From contig CAWIML010000007.1 of NCBI GenBank assembly GCA_963837215.1, positions 459,284 to 523,283 on the forward strand: a stretch of 64,000 nucleotides of DNA, given 5' to 3'. Below are positions 49,230 through 59,340 of the stretch, in pieces (within the stretch, counting starts at the first letter, position 1; each line of letters opens with the position of its first letter). Below the pieces are notes generated by a model that saw nothing but the letters and a program-made list of their open reading frames with translations, was not told where the DNA came from and did no database searches. This DNA comes from an uncultured Chloroflexia bacterium (GTDB taxonomy: Bacteria; Chloroflexota; Limnocylindria; Limnocylindrales; CSP1-4). The position numbers were made by a program, and so were the translations under genes.

Positions 49230-50486
49230 GGCGCCTCGTTCAGGTAGTCCTCCCGCAGGAGCCGGCCTCGATCACCGCTCGAAGGGTCGCTCGCAAACCG
49301 GTCGCAGAGAGCCGCAAGGTCGTCGCTGAACGACGCGATCGAGATCTCATGCAGCGAGACGATGTTCGAATGCCAAGCCGAGAGATCCTTGGCGCCGAAG
49401 CGGTTGGTCAGGACCAGGAGGCCGGACTGGGCCATCTCGAGCGGCGGATAGCTCGGGTGGGGCGAGGCCATGATCGAGATGCCGACCGCCGACGTGCGCA
49501 TGACCTTGGCATAGGCCGCCAGGTCCAGCTTGCCGAGCGAGCGCATCGTCATCCCGTCACCGAGTTCCACGGGTCGGTGGTCTTCGCCGGCCGAGACCAC
49601 CGACCATCGATCCGCCGACGGATGATGCGGCACGCCACGCTCGGAGGCCCTCGACGATCAGCGGGAACCCGTTCCGTGGCTTCCTCGGTCGCCCGTAGAC
49701 AAGGATCCTGGCGGATCGGTCGGGCGGTGTCACCGCGAGGGCACGCCGAAGGGTCGGCGAAAGCCTGGGTTCGAAGGTGAACTCGTCTCCGAAACGGATG
49801 CCCTGGCCATGGAAGTGATCACGGAGCAGATCGGTATTGAAGATGGCCGCGATCGAAGCCGCGTTGTCATAGGTGGCTGCAGCCAGCATCGACTGCGCGG
49901 ACCATGGGTAGAAGGCGGGTTCGAAGTCCTGGACGACGTAACCGAACCGTCGAGGCGCCGCGCCGTACGTGGCTGCCTGCCAGCGCCTGAAGCGAACGGT
50001 CATCTCGGCCGTCGTCCAGAACGTCGCCACGAAGACGTCGCGGGGACCCACCGGCAAGGTCGTGCCCGCGGTGTCGTCGATGGCCACGATCTGGCACGGG
50101 TCGTCGACGTCCTCGATGGCGTCGACACGGCGATATGCGGGCAATGTCGCCGCTGCGTCGGCATCGAGGGCCCCGACGACGATGATCCGCCTCCGTGCCG
50201 CGCCCTCGGAGATGGCCTCGAAGAGGTCCAGCGCCGTCTGCACACCGCCATAGGCCGAGCTCGCCGAGAGCGTCGGGAGCACCAGGTTGATCCGGTAGTC
50301 GGCCATCGATGTCGGGCGGGGCGCGACACGGATCAGCTCGTTGATGCGCTCGCTCGGCCGTGCGTTCGAGGCGCTGACACTACCCGTCGGCGGGATGGGG
50401 GCAGCGCGCCCGCCGACGCGGCGGAGTCGGCGACGGAGCCCCGCGAGATGATCGGTCGGTCGCTGCATCGGCCCCTGTTCGCTCAT
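49181..50486 (-). pseudogene. Glycosyltransferase (tentatively WsaF-like rhamnosyltransferase family); frame interrupted as assembled
   Basis: N part is ORF 49557..50486 (INLVLPTLSASSAYGGVQTALDLF...ILVYGRPRKPRNGFPLIVEGL). C part is ORF 49181..49633 (GISIMASPHPSYPPLEMAQSGLLVLTN). Junction about 49625. The family call is from memory only. GATAAT lies 6 nt upstream of ATG 50486. Confidence 0.5.
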
Positions 50487-50492
50487 CGCTCA

Positions 50493-50498
50493 ATTATC
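50493..50498 (-). promoter_or_regulatory. -10-like hexamer GATAAT, 6 nt upstream of ATG 50486 (minus strand)
   Basis: The minus strand reads GATAAT-tgagcg-ATG. Confidence 0.4.
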
Positions 50499-50609
50499 GA
50501 TCTGCGCGGCCCCGCCGGAACGCGTCATGTGGCGTCATGCCGAGTCCGGCCGGCGTGCTCGGGTCAGGTACGATTGGCCGCCGGCCCTGGATGGCCCGCG
50601 GACCGATAG

Positions 50610-51599
50610 TTGAGCGTAGGGTCGATGCGATCGTTGTTCCTCACCCCGGTCCGCCGAGTTCGCGATCACCTATTCCGACCCATCGTCGCGAGGCTCGACG
50701 CACTCCAGGCGAGCCAGCGAAAGCTCCAGCGCAGCGTCGATGCTCTCCGCGAGGACAGTCGACAGGCTCGATTCGCGCTCGCCTCGATACAGGCGCTGCG
50801 AGTCCGGGGGGCCGGCTCCCTGCGGGATGCAGAGTTCAAGGCGTATTCCCAGTTCGGCGAGGATGGGATCATCCAGTGGCTCATCGCGCGCGTGCCGATC
50901 GTCAGCAAGAACTTCGTCGAGTTCGGCGTCGAAGACTACCGCGAGTCGAACACGCGGTTCCTCCTGGAGCACGATGGCTGGAGCGGCCTCATCATCGACG
51001 CCGGGAATGCCCATACCCGCTTCGTGCAGGACTCGGGACTTGCCTGGCGTGGCGTCATCGAGACGCAGTCTGCCTTCGTCACAGCCGAGAACATCAATGA
51101 CCTGCTCTCAGATCAGCCTGTCGATACGGGTCTCATGTCGGTCGACGTCGACGGGATGGACTACTGGATCCTGTCGGCCATCTCGGTGATCCGGCCGCGG
51201 ATCGTGATCTGCGAGTACAACAGCCTGTTCGGGCCGGTCGCCCCAGTCAGTGTTCCTTACCTCGCGACCTTCGACCGCGCGACGGCCCATCACTCCACGC
51301 TCTACTTCGGTGCCTCGATCTCGGCATTCGCCCACTGGGCAAGCCAGCATGGATATCGCCTCGTGGGCAGCACCACCCAAGGGGTCAACGCGTTCATGGT
51401 TCGTGATGACATCGCCGGAGACCTGCCCGCCTTCAGCGGCCCCGAGGCGTGGGTCGAGACACCGGTCAGGCAGGCTCGCGACGAGAGCGGCAAGCTTACG
51501 TATGTCAGCGGAGTCCAACGGCAGCGCGAGCTCATCGCCGGCCTGCCACTTGTCAACGTCGTGACGGGGTCCACGCTCTTCGTCGCGGAGCTCGACTAG
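50610..51599 (+). CDS. FkbM-like / class I methyltransferase-fold protein with N-terminal coiled coil (putative glycan-modifying enzyme)
   Basis: AYSQFGEDGIIQWL...FVEFGVEDYRESNTRFLLEHDGWSGLIIDAG is a pattern I associate with FkbM-type proteins in glycan loci. N-terminal heptads LDALQASQRKLQRSVDALRED. Start is TTG 50610 or ATG 50625. Confidence 0.45.
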   Translation: MSVGSMRSLFLTPVRRVRDHLFRPIVARLDALQASQRKLQRSVDALREDSRQARFALASIQALRVRGAGSLRDAEFKAYSQFGEDGIIQWLIARVPIVSKNFVEFGVEDYRESNTRFLLEHDGWSGLIIDAGNAHTRFVQDSGLAWRGVIETQSAFVTAENINDLLSDQPVDTGLMSVDVDGMDYWILSAISVIRPRIVICEYNSLFGPVAPVSVPYLATFDRATAHHSTLYFGASISAFAHWASQHGYRLVGSTTQGVNAFMVRDDIAGDLPAFSGPEAWVETPVRQARDESGKLTYVSGVQRQRELIAGLPLVNVVTGSTLFVAELD

Positions 51600-52951
51600 A
51601 CCTCAGCCTCGCCGTCGAGGATCTGGCTCAGTCGCCCGGCAACGCCAGCTCCGACGGCCGCGGCGCTGAACTGCTCCAGCATGTGGGCTCGAGCTCGGGC
51701 GCCGATCTCCTGGCCGTATTCGGGTTGATCGACGAGGCGGCGCATCAGGTCGGCGGCCTGATCCTCGTCGGGTTCGGCCCACACTTGACCTTCGTGGAAG
51801 GGGTATTCGCGTTCGCCCACAGCCGTCAGCCGGTAGTCCACCAGAAGGCTGTTGCTCTCGTCCATGAATTCGAGGTTCCCCGAGTACCCGGTCCCGATGA
51901 CGGGCTTGCCGAGGAACATCGACTCGGCGAGGCCGAGCCCGAAGCCCTCGCTGCGATGCAGGGAGACGTAGCTGTCGACGACGCTCTCCAGCCCGAAGAT
52001 CTCATCCCGCGACATGGATCGGTCGATGACCAGGATCCGGTCGTCGCCATCGATCGCCTGCTGGAAGGGACGCATCCGATCGCGGCGCTTGTCGACGTTC
52101 GTCGGCTTGAGAACGAGTGCGACGCGCTGGTCCCTGCCCGGAAATGCCTTCCGGAAGGCGTTGATGGTCCCGAGTGGGTTCTTGCGCGCGACATACGAGT
52201 TGAGGTTGAACGTGAACAGGAAGGTGAATGCGTCGTCGGGCAGCCCGAATTCTGATCGCCGAAAGGTGCGAGAAGGGGTCGCATCGACGGCAAGCCGGAT
52301 CCTCCGCACCGGCTTTGACGTGCTCCCCGCCATGGTCTCGCCAACGAATCGGGACGCGACCCAGATCTCGTCCACCACGTCGATAGCTTCCCGCCATGCG
52401 GCTGGAAGTCGCGTCAACTCCCAGAACCAGAATCCGATGTTGTAGCGACCTGCGGTCACCTCGGGCCCGAGCGCGTCCATGAGGTGCGCAGTTTCGTTGG
52501 CATTCACACACATGACGTTGATCGGGTGAGGCGTGTCGGTCCCGGTCGCGTCCGCGAATCGGAGATCGGCGCCCTGCGCGTCACTCGTACTCGCACTCAC
52601 GAGTGCGACACGCACGCCGGCTGCCTGCGCCGCGGTAACGAGCGAACGGGCCGCTTCGGCCATGCCGAACTCCCCACGGAAGTGCCCGATGACGTTGACC
52701 CGTGGATCAGCCCCGGATCCGTCCGGTACGTAGGGCGGACGTTCGGCGACCGCGGCGGCGCTCGACGCTCGTCTGGCCTCGCTCAACGACGTCGTCGGGG
52801 CGATGGCGCGGGTGGCCCGCGGCGGGCGGCCGAGGAACCGTCGCATGGCGCGCCGGGCCCGGGGCGACAGCCTGCCTGCCGCCCATCGGACCGGCCGCCC
52901 GCTACGGATCCGCGAATACGCCCTCGCCATGAGACGTGCCAGGCGATCCAT
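51596..52951 (-). CDS. GT4-family (GT-B) glycosyltransferase
   Basis: VSLHRSEGFGLGLAESMFLGKPVIGTGYSGNLEF. I chose start ATG 52951 (TAGGAT lies 8 nt upstream). The track ORF extends to 53125 and would overlap the divergent PPIase start. Confidence 0.8.
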   Translation of the reverse strand: MDRLARLMARAYSRIRSGRPVRWAAGRLSPRARRAMRRFLGRPPRATRAIAPTTSLSEARRASSAAAVAERPPYVPDGSGADPRVNVIGHFRGEFGMAEAARSLVTAAQAAGVRVALVSASTSDAQGADLRFADATGTDTPHPINVMCVNANETAHLMDALGPEVTAGRYNIGFWFWELTRLPAAWREAIDVVDEIWVASRFVGETMAGSTSKPVRRIRLAVDATPSRTFRRSEFGLPDDAFTFLFTFNLNSYVARKNPLGTINAFRKAFPGRDQRVALVLKPTNVDKRRDRMRPFQQAIDGDDRILVIDRSMSRDEIFGLESVVDSYVSLHRSEGFGLGLAESMFLGKPVIGTGYSGNLEFMDESNSLLVDYRLTAVGEREYPFHEGQVWAEPDEDQAADLMRRLVDQPEYGQEIGARARAHMLEQFSAAAVGAGVAGRLSQILDGEAEV

Positions 52952-53108
52952 CCTGCGGCATCCTACTGCGTGTTCGCCGCGCTCCCACGGGAACCGCAGA
53001 GGGCTCGACGGGCCGCGGAGCCGCGGTGCGGTACGATACGCGCCGCTCAACGACGGTCGGGCCACGTCGACTCCACGGCCCGCACCAGCAGCAGGATCCT
53101 CGTCACCC

Positions 53109-54836
53109 ATGACCTTTCGAGCCAAGCAACCCGGCGCGCCCCGCCATCGATCGACGCACGATCAGGAGGCCCGGCAGCGACTCTACGTGACCGTCGGCTT
53201 CGTGGTCGTCATCGCCGCAGCCATCGGCATCCTGATCGCCGCCGTCGCCGTCTCGTACTACGACGAGCACCTTCAGCCCGTCGTGACCGTCGATGGCCAG
53301 AATGTGAGTCGCGACGCGTATGTCAAGCGGGGCGAGATCGAGCTCTTCCGCATCACCGAGGCCGAGAAGCGGGTGCGAGAGGCGCTCGCCGCGGGCGAGG
53401 TCAGCCAGGAGAACGCGGCGACCCAGCTCCAGCAGCTGGCACAGCAGAGCGACGAGGTCGGCCAGACCGCCCTCGACGCCCTCGTCGACGAGATCCTGCT
53501 GGCCAAGTACGCGGTCGAGGAGGACATCACGGCCTCCGACGCCGAGATCGAGGCGGCGCTCGTCCGCGAAGCCTCGCGACCGGAACTGCGCAAGACCTAT
53601 GCGGTCTTCGTCCGACCGGAGGTCGACGTCGGCGCAGACTTCCCGACCACCGAGCAGCAGGCTGCTGCCAAGGCGACCGCCGAGCGCGCCCTGGCCGAGC
53701 TCGAAGGGGGCGCGGACTTCGGGGCCGTGGCCGCCAAGTACAGCACCGACATCAGCAAGGAGAACGGCGGCCTGTACGGCACGCTGGCCGACACGAACCC
53801 GACCGACGACGCCTGGGTCAAGTCGCTCTTCGCACTTCCTGCCGACGGCACGACCGGCGTCATCGAGGGTGCCGACGGCACCTTCCGGATCGGCCGCGTG
53901 ACCGAGATCACCCCGGCCCGTGAGGATCCAAGCTTCCGCGCAGCCATCGAGGATGGCCCTGGGCTGGAAGCCTACAAGGTGGCGCTCGTGGGACGTGTCC
54001 TCAGGGAGAAGCTCGACGAAAAGCTGGTCGCCGAGGCGACGAAGAGCCCGGTCGAGCAGATCCGAGCCTACGAGATCTTCATCGAGGCCGGCGGCACCGA
54101 GGAGGAGGCCAGGGCGGCGCACGTCCTGTACTCGCCGAAGGACGACCCGGGCGGAGCCAGCGAGCTGCCTCAGGACGACCCGGCGTGGGCGGCCGCCAAG
54201 GCCGAAGCAGACGCCGCCGTGGCCGCCCTGCTCCAAACGCCAGCCGGCGACCGCAATCAGGCGTTCGCTGATCTGGCCGAGTCCGCGAGCGACGACACGT
54301 CGAGCGGCATCAACGGCGGTGACCTTGGCTGGTTCACGCGCGGCACCATGGTCGAAGAGTTCGGCTCCGCCGTCTTCGATGGCGACCATGCTCCTGGCGA
54401 CGTGATCGGGCCGGTCAAGTCCCAGTTCGGCTACCACGTCATCCGCTACGACGGCAAGCGACCGCCGGCCGAACAGCGCGCCGCCGAGATCCTGATCAAG
54501 GCACGCGAGGCTGGTGCTGACTTCCAGGCGCTGGCGCGCGAGAACTCGGACGGGCTCGAAGCGCTCAAGGGCGGTGACCTCGGCTGGATCGCGCCGGGCC
54601 AGTCGCGCGACCAGAAGATCGACACCACCTTGTTCGCCCTCCAGCCGGGTCAGGTCTCCGAGGGCCTCCAGCTGACGGACGGCTACCACATCTACCAGGC
54701 CGGTCAGCGTGAGACGCGTCCGCTGACCCCGGAGCAGATCAACAAGATCGGCCTCTACGCCTTCGACGCCTGGTATGGGGCCAAGAAGGCGGAGGCCGAC
54801 ATCGAGCAGCACTACGACGCCCTCGCGGGATCGTAG
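53109..54836 (+). CDS. Membrane-anchored parvulin-type peptidyl-prolyl isomerase (PrsA/SurA-like, two PpiC domains)
   Basis: N-terminal TM (LYVTVGFVVVIAAAIGILIAAVAV) and PpiC motifs (GGDLGWFTRGTMVEEF...QFGYHVI and GGDLGWIAPGQ...TDGYHIY). ATG 53109 is internal to track ORF 52803... Confidence 0.85.
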   Translation: MTFRAKQPGAPRHRSTHDQEARQRLYVTVGFVVVIAAAIGILIAAVAVSYYDEHLQPVVTVDGQNVSRDAYVKRGEIELFRITEAEKRVREALAAGEVSQENAATQLQQLAQQSDEVGQTALDALVDEILLAKYAVEEDITASDAEIEAALVREASRPELRKTYAVFVRPEVDVGADFPTTEQQAAAKATAERALAELEGGADFGAVAAKYSTDISKENGGLYGTLADTNPTDDAWVKSLFALPADGTTGVIEGADGTFRIGRVTEITPAREDPSFRAAIEDGPGLEAYKVALVGRVLREKLDEKLVAEATKSPVEQIRAYEIFIEAGGTEEEARAAHVLYSPKDDPGGASELPQDDPAWAAAKAEADAAVAALLQTPAGDRNQAFADLAESASDDTSSGINGGDLGWFTRGTMVEEFGSAVFDGDHAPGDVIGPVKSQFGYHVIRYDGKRPPAEQRAAEILIKAREAGADFQALARENSDGLEALKGGDLGWIAPGQSRDQKIDTTLFALQPGQVSEGLQLTDGYHIYQAGQRETRPLTPEQINKIGLYAFDAWYGAKKAEADIEQHYDALAGS

Positions 54837-54839
54837 GCC

Positions 54840-56087
54840 GTGATCGAGGCCGCCCTGCGCGACCTCGAGTCGCGCTACGGTGTGACCGCGGCCGACGGGC
54901 TCCAGGTGGTCACTGCGGCCACCCTGCCCAGGCGGCCCTTCGATCCCGGCTGGGGGCTGCTCATCGTGCCGCCGACAGCAGCGTCCGGCGCACCGACGGG
55001 CCCCGGAGCGTCCGCACCGATGCCCCCCGGAGCCCCCGGCGACGCCGCCCCATCCGGCGGCACATTCGAGCCGGCCGTCCTGCCGGGACGACATGCCCGG
55101 GCCGCCGATCCCTTGGCGATCCTCTCGGCGCTCTACCCGGCCGACCACCTCGTGGTCGGCGTAGCCGGGCCGCCCGAGACGACGACCATCGGCGCCTTGA
55201 GCGATGCTGCCCTGATGGAGGCGTCGCACGCCTGGTACGTGCCGCCGCTCGTTGGCGAGACCAACCTCGCCAGCCCGCATGGCCTGCCGTGGCTGGCGGC
55301 CCGCCTGCGCGCGCCCGACGGCTGCCCCTGGGACCGTGAACAGACCCACCTGACGCTCCGCAAGCACCTGCTCGAAGAGGCCTACGAGGTCTACGACGCG
55401 CTCGAGTCCGGCCCGACGCCGGCGCTCGCCGACGAGCTCGGTGACCTGCTCCTGCAGGTCGTCCTCCACGCGGAGCATGCGGCTGAGGCGGGCGTCTTCG
55501 ACCTGACCGACGTCTATCGCTCGATCATGGCCAAGATCGTGCGGCGCCATCCGCACGTCTTTGGCGAGGTCCAGGCGCGCACGGTCGATGACGTCCTGCG
55601 CAACTGGGAGGCGATCAAGGCCGGTGAACGGGCGGATAGGGCAACCGATGAGTCCGATCCGGGCGCCCATGAGCGAGCCGGTATGCCCGCCGCCTTTGCC
55701 GGCGTCTCACGCTCGCTGCCGGCGCTCGCGTACGCCCAGGAGATCCAGGAGCGGGCGGCCTCCCTGGGTTACGACTGGCCAGACGTGGAGGGTGTCATCG
55801 ACAAGCTCGAGGAGGAGGCCCTGGAGTTGCTGGCGGCCGACGGGGAGGCGGCCCGTCGGGAGGAGTTCGGCGACCTCCTCCTGGTCATCGTCAACCTCGG
55901 GCGTAAGCTGGGCGTCGATGCGGAGGCGGCGTTGCGATCGGCCAACGCCAAGTTCGCCGGGCGCTTCGCGCGCGTCGAGCGGCTGGCGGACGATCGCCCG
56001 TTGAGCGGCATGACCTTCGACGAGCTCGATGTCCTGTGGTCTCGCGCCAAGCGCGAGGAAGCCGACGAACGGGAGACCAACGCATGA
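54840..56087 (+). CDS. mazG: MazG-family nucleoside triphosphate pyrophosphohydrolase with degenerate N-terminal domain
   Basis: [23 protein letters not shown]...[10 protein letters not shown]...RHPHVF, plus a second MazG repeat ([18 protein letters not shown]). The N-terminal region of about 160 aa carries a Pro/Gly/Ala-rich insert. Confidence 0.85.
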   Translation: MIEAALRDLESRYGVTAADGLQVVTAATLPRRPFDPGWGLLIVPPTAASGAPTGPGASAPMPPGAPGDAAPSGGTFEPAVLPGRHARAADPLAILSALYPADHLVVGVAGPPETTTIGALSDAALMEASHAWYVPPLVGETNLASPHGLPWLAARLRAPDGCPWDREQTHLTLRKHLLEEAYEVYDALESGPTPALADELGDLLLQVVLHAEHAAEAGVFDLTDVYRSIMAKIVRRHPHVFGEVQARTVDDVLRNWEAIKAGERADRATDESDPGAHERAGMPAAFAGVSRSLPALAYAQEIQERAASLGYDWPDVEGVIDKLEEEALELLAADGEAARREEFGDLLLVIVNLGRKLGVDAEAALRSANAKFAGRFARVERLADDRPLSGMTFDELDVLWSRAKREEADERETNA

Positions 56088-56815
56088 CCATCGGATCGGC
56101 CCGCTTCCGCGAGGACGGTCGGACGCCGGCACAGCTGAGGCCAGCGACCATCGAGACCGACGTTCAGAAGTGGGCCGAGGGTTCCTGCCTCATCAAGGTC
56201 GGCGGCACGCACGTCCTCTGCTCGGCCTCGCTCGAGGAGCGTATCCCGCCACACCTGCGTGGCAAGGGCCTCGGCTGGGTGACCGCCGAGTACGCCATGC
56301 TGCCGCGCGCGACGTCAGAGCGGACGCAGCGCGAGTCCGTCAAGGGCCGGCTGGGTGGCCGGACGCACGAGATCCAGCGCCTCATCGGCCGCTCCCTGCG
56401 CGGGGTCGTCGACACCGCCAAGCTCGGCGAACGGACCGTGACGGTCGACTGCGATGTGCTCAATGCCGACGGTGGCACGCGCACCGCGTCCATCACCGGC
56501 GGCTACGTTGCCCTCGTGCTCGCGCTCCGCTCGCGAGGCCTGGAGCCGGCCGTGGTCGGCCGTGTGGCGGCGGTCAGCGTCGGCCTCGTCGATGGCGCCG
56601 CATACCTCGACCTCGACTACTCGGAGGATTCGCGCGCGGACGTGGATTTCAACGTCGTGGGCACCGATGCCGGAACGTACGTCGAGCTGCAGGGCACTGC
56701 CGAGGGCAAGCCCTTCGACCGACCTTCCATGGACCGGCTCCTGGGCCTGGCGGACGACGGCCTCCGCCAGTTGTTCGACCTCCAGGCCTCGACACTCGCG
56801 CGCGCCGACGCCTGA
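56084..56815 (+). CDS. rph: Ribonuclease PH
   Basis: [12 protein letters not shown]...[14 protein letters not shown]...[14 protein letters not shown]...[15 protein letters not shown]...[17 protein letters not shown] overlap with mazG. Confidence 0.95.
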   Translation: MTIGSARFREDGRTPAQLRPATIETDVQKWAEGSCLIKVGGTHVLCSASLEERIPPHLRGKGLGWVTAEYAMLPRATSERTQRESVKGRLGGRTHEIQRLIGRSLRGVVDTAKLGERTVTVDCDVLNADGGTRTASITGGYVALVLALRSRGLEPAVVGRVAAVSVGLVDGAAYLDLDYSEDSRADVDFNVVGTDAGTYVELQGTAEGKPFDRPSMDRLLGLADDGLRQLFDLQASTLARADA

Positions 56816-56841
56816 ACAGGATTCGCGGTCGCGTGAGGCGG

Positions 56842-57453
56842 ATGCTCGTGGCCACCCGCTCGCCGCACAAGCTCGGCGAGCTGCAGCAGCTCCTCGAGTT
56901 GCCGGGGGTCGAGCTCGTCACGCTCGATGGCCTCGACATCGCCGGCGATCCCGTGGAGGACGGCGCCACCTTCGCCGACAACGCCCTGATCAAGGCCCGC
57001 TGGGGCGCCGAGCGCTCGGGGCTCTTGACGCTGGCCGACGACTCCGGACTCGAGGTCGACGCACTGGGCGGCGGTCCCGGCGTGCGCACGAGGCGCTATG
57101 CGGGCGAGGAGGCCACCGACGCCGACAACAACTCCAAGCTGCTCGCCGAGCTGGCCTCGCTGGGCGCCCTGGCGCCGGAGGCGCGCGGTGCGCGTTACGT
57201 CTGCGTCCTTGCCTGCCTTGATCCCCTTCGGCCAGACGCGCCGGTCCTGGCCGAAGGCACCTTCGTCGGTCGCATCGCGGGAGCGCCTCGTGGACGCGGC
57301 GGCTTCGGCTATGACCCGATCTTCGAGCCCGAGTTCGAGCCGCCGGGCGGGCGCACGGTCGGGCAGATGAGCCAGGTCGAAAAGAACGCGGTCTCGCACC
57401 GGGCGCGAGCCGCGACGGCGATGGCCAGCGCCTTGCGACGACTGGGATACTGA
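56842..57453 (+). CDS. rdgB: Non-canonical purine NTP pyrophosphatase (RdgB/HAM1)
   Basis: LVATRSPHKLGELQ...ADDSGLEVDALGGGPGV...GFGYDPIF...KNAVSHRARA. Start is ATG 56842 or GTG 56833. Confidence 0.9.
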   Translation: MLVATRSPHKLGELQQLLELPGVELVTLDGLDIAGDPVEDGATFADNALIKARWGAERSGLLTLADDSGLEVDALGGGPGVRTRRYAGEEATDADNNSKLLAELASLGALAPEARGARYVCVLACLDPLRPDAPVLAEGTFVGRIAGAPRGRGGFGYDPIFEPEFEPPGGRTVGQMSQVEKNAVSHRARAATAMASALRRLGY

Positions 57454-57460
57454 CCCGACC

Positions 57461-58117
57461 ATGGACGCCTGCGGCTGCGACGAATTCGCCTCCATCTTCG
57501 ATCGCCGGAACGCGGATGACGACCTGCGTCGGTACCGACGTGAAGGTCCGGACAAGACGACGCGCCTGCTTCTCGACCTCATCCGCGCGCAGGGCGTGGA
57601 GGGCGCGACGGTCCTCGACATCGGCGGTGGCATCGGCGTCATCGACCAGGAGTTGCTGCGCGCGGGCGCAAGCCGGAGCACATTGGCCGACGCTTCGCAG
57701 GCCTCGATGGCGGTCGCACGGGAGGCGGCTGCCGCGGCCGGGCTGGCCGATCGGATGACCTTCGTCGAGGGCGATGCCGTGCGCCGTGCCGGTGACATTC
57801 CCGGCGCGGACGTGGTCACGCTCGACCGCGTCATCTGCTGCTACCCGGACGTGACCTCGCTGGTCGGGCTCTCGGCGGCCTGGGCGGGTCGGCTGTACGG
57901 CATCGTCCTGCCACGCGACCGCTGGATCGTACGGGTCGCCATCGCCCTGGAGGCGCTCTGGTTCCGGATCCTACGGAAGCGCTACCGGCCGTTCGCGCAT
58001 CCCAACCGCCTGGTCGACGACTTGGCGGTCGCCGCGGGCCTCGAGCAGCTGGCGGAGAGCGGCACCTTCTTCTGGCGCGTGGCGCTCTTCCGGCGCCAGG
58101 CAGGGACGGTGGCATGA
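57461..58117 (+). CDS. Class I SAM-dependent methyltransferase
   Basis: Motif I VLDIGGGIGVIDQELL and a post-I acidic residue. N-terminal CGCDEF. Confidence 0.7.
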   Translation: MDACGCDEFASIFDRRNADDDLRRYRREGPDKTTRLLLDLIRAQGVEGATVLDIGGGIGVIDQELLRAGASRSTLADASQASMAVAREAAAAAGLADRMTFVEGDAVRRAGDIPGADVVTLDRVICCYPDVTSLVGLSAAWAGRLYGIVLPRDRWIVRVAIALEALWFRILRKRYRPFAHPNRLVDDLAVAAGLEQLAESGTFFWRVALFRRQAGTVA

Positions 58118-59059
58118 TCGGCGGCTCGCCCCTCGAATCCGAGTACCTCGCGAGCCTGCCGACCGAGACGGTCGACGCCCACCCGGTCATCGGCATCGGA
58201 CGAGAGCGGATCGTGACCGCGGCCGAGTGCCCTCCTCGATGTCGAAGACGCCGCGCTCGAACGGACGTGGCCGTGGAAGGGCGAGGCGTTGGATGTCCGT
58301 TATGGCTTCTACCATGCCTACGAGCGGCTCGAGATCGCCGGCGGCGCCGTCATGCGAGCGCTCGCGGAGGCAGGCACCGCGTGGGCGCCCGGGGCGCGGC
58401 GTGCGGCTCCGGCAACGGCAGCTCGCTGGGACCTGCATGCGCGCCTGCTGCCCCTCGCCGACGCGGAGCTCGATCGCGACCCGGGCGGCGGAGAGTGGAC
58501 GCTCCGACAGACGCTCGCCCACATCATCAACGGCCAACGGGCATACGGCCACTTCACGGCCTGGTGGCTCCTGCAGCGCGGCAGCGACCCGTTCCCGGAG
58601 GTGATCCCAGACGCCGTCGGCGACGACTTCCCCGAAGAGTCGACCGAGGGCCACGGCAGCCTGCCCGCGATCCGATCCCGGTTGGACGACCTGCTCGATC
58701 TCGAGACGGCCCGCATGGCCGCGCTCGACGACCAGGACCTGGCCGCACGCGCCCGGTGGTCGGGCGCCTGGGTCGACGTCGGTTTCCGGGTCGGACGTTG
58801 GTCCTCGCACCTGCGCGAGCACACCATCCAGGTGGACAAGACGCTGGTCATGATCGGCTGGACGCCGCGAGAGGTGGACCGGCTGTCGGGCGTCATCCTC
58901 GGGGCCTGGGGCCGCCTGGAGGCGACCGTCTTCGGCCTTCCCGGGACGGCCCTGGATCGCCACGGTGCCGATGGTCGGACCCCCGCCGCGATCATCGACG
59001 AGGTCACGGCCAGGGTCGCCGAGATGGCGCCTTCCGTCCTCGCATCGGCCAGCGACTGA
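58114..59059 (+). pseudogene. DinB-family (four-helix bundle, metal-dependent) protein; frame interrupted as assembled
   Basis: Core is ORF 58289..59059 (EWTLRQTLAHIINGQRAY...WSSHLREHTIQV). Frame 2 is coding-like upstream without a start (SALLDVEDAALERTWPWKGEALDVRYG) and joins the frame-1 ORF from ATG 58114 (ATGA overlap with the previous gene). Junction about 58225. Confidence 0.65.
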
Positions 59060-59146
59060 GCCGTCTGGCTGGGTCGACGCCTCCGGCTGGCGCCGGATCG
59101 CCCGACGGGCCGCCTGAGGCCATGCCTGCGCTACCATCGCTGGGTC

Positions 59147-59223
59147 CGGGGTGTGGCGCAATCTGGCAGCGTGCGTGCTTTGGGAGCACGAGGTTGTGGG
59201 TTCAAATCCCACCACCCCGACCA
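59147..59223 (+). tRNA. tRNA-Pro (anticodon TGG), CCA encoded
   Basis: Cloverleaf folded by hand. Acceptor CGGGGTG/CACCCCG, D stem GCGC/GCGT, anticodon stem CGTGC/GCACG with loop TTTGGGA, T stem GTGGG/CCCAC with loop TTCAAAT, discriminator A, then CCA. Confidence 0.9.
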
Positions 59224-59328
59224 ACCGGCGGGTTTCGAGAGTGGACGCGAGTCTGTTCGCGCCGAAGTGATGGAGGGCTTCGCGCGACTCCCCATCGTGC
59301 GAGCTGAGCACACGCCACCCGGATGGCG

Positions 59329-59334
59329 TAGCGT
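59329..59334 (+). promoter_or_regulatory. -10-like hexamer TAGCGT, 6 nt upstream of the AraC-family ATG 59341
   Basis: TAGCGT-ggcacc-ATG. Confidence 0.45.
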
Positions 59335-59340
59335 GGCACC

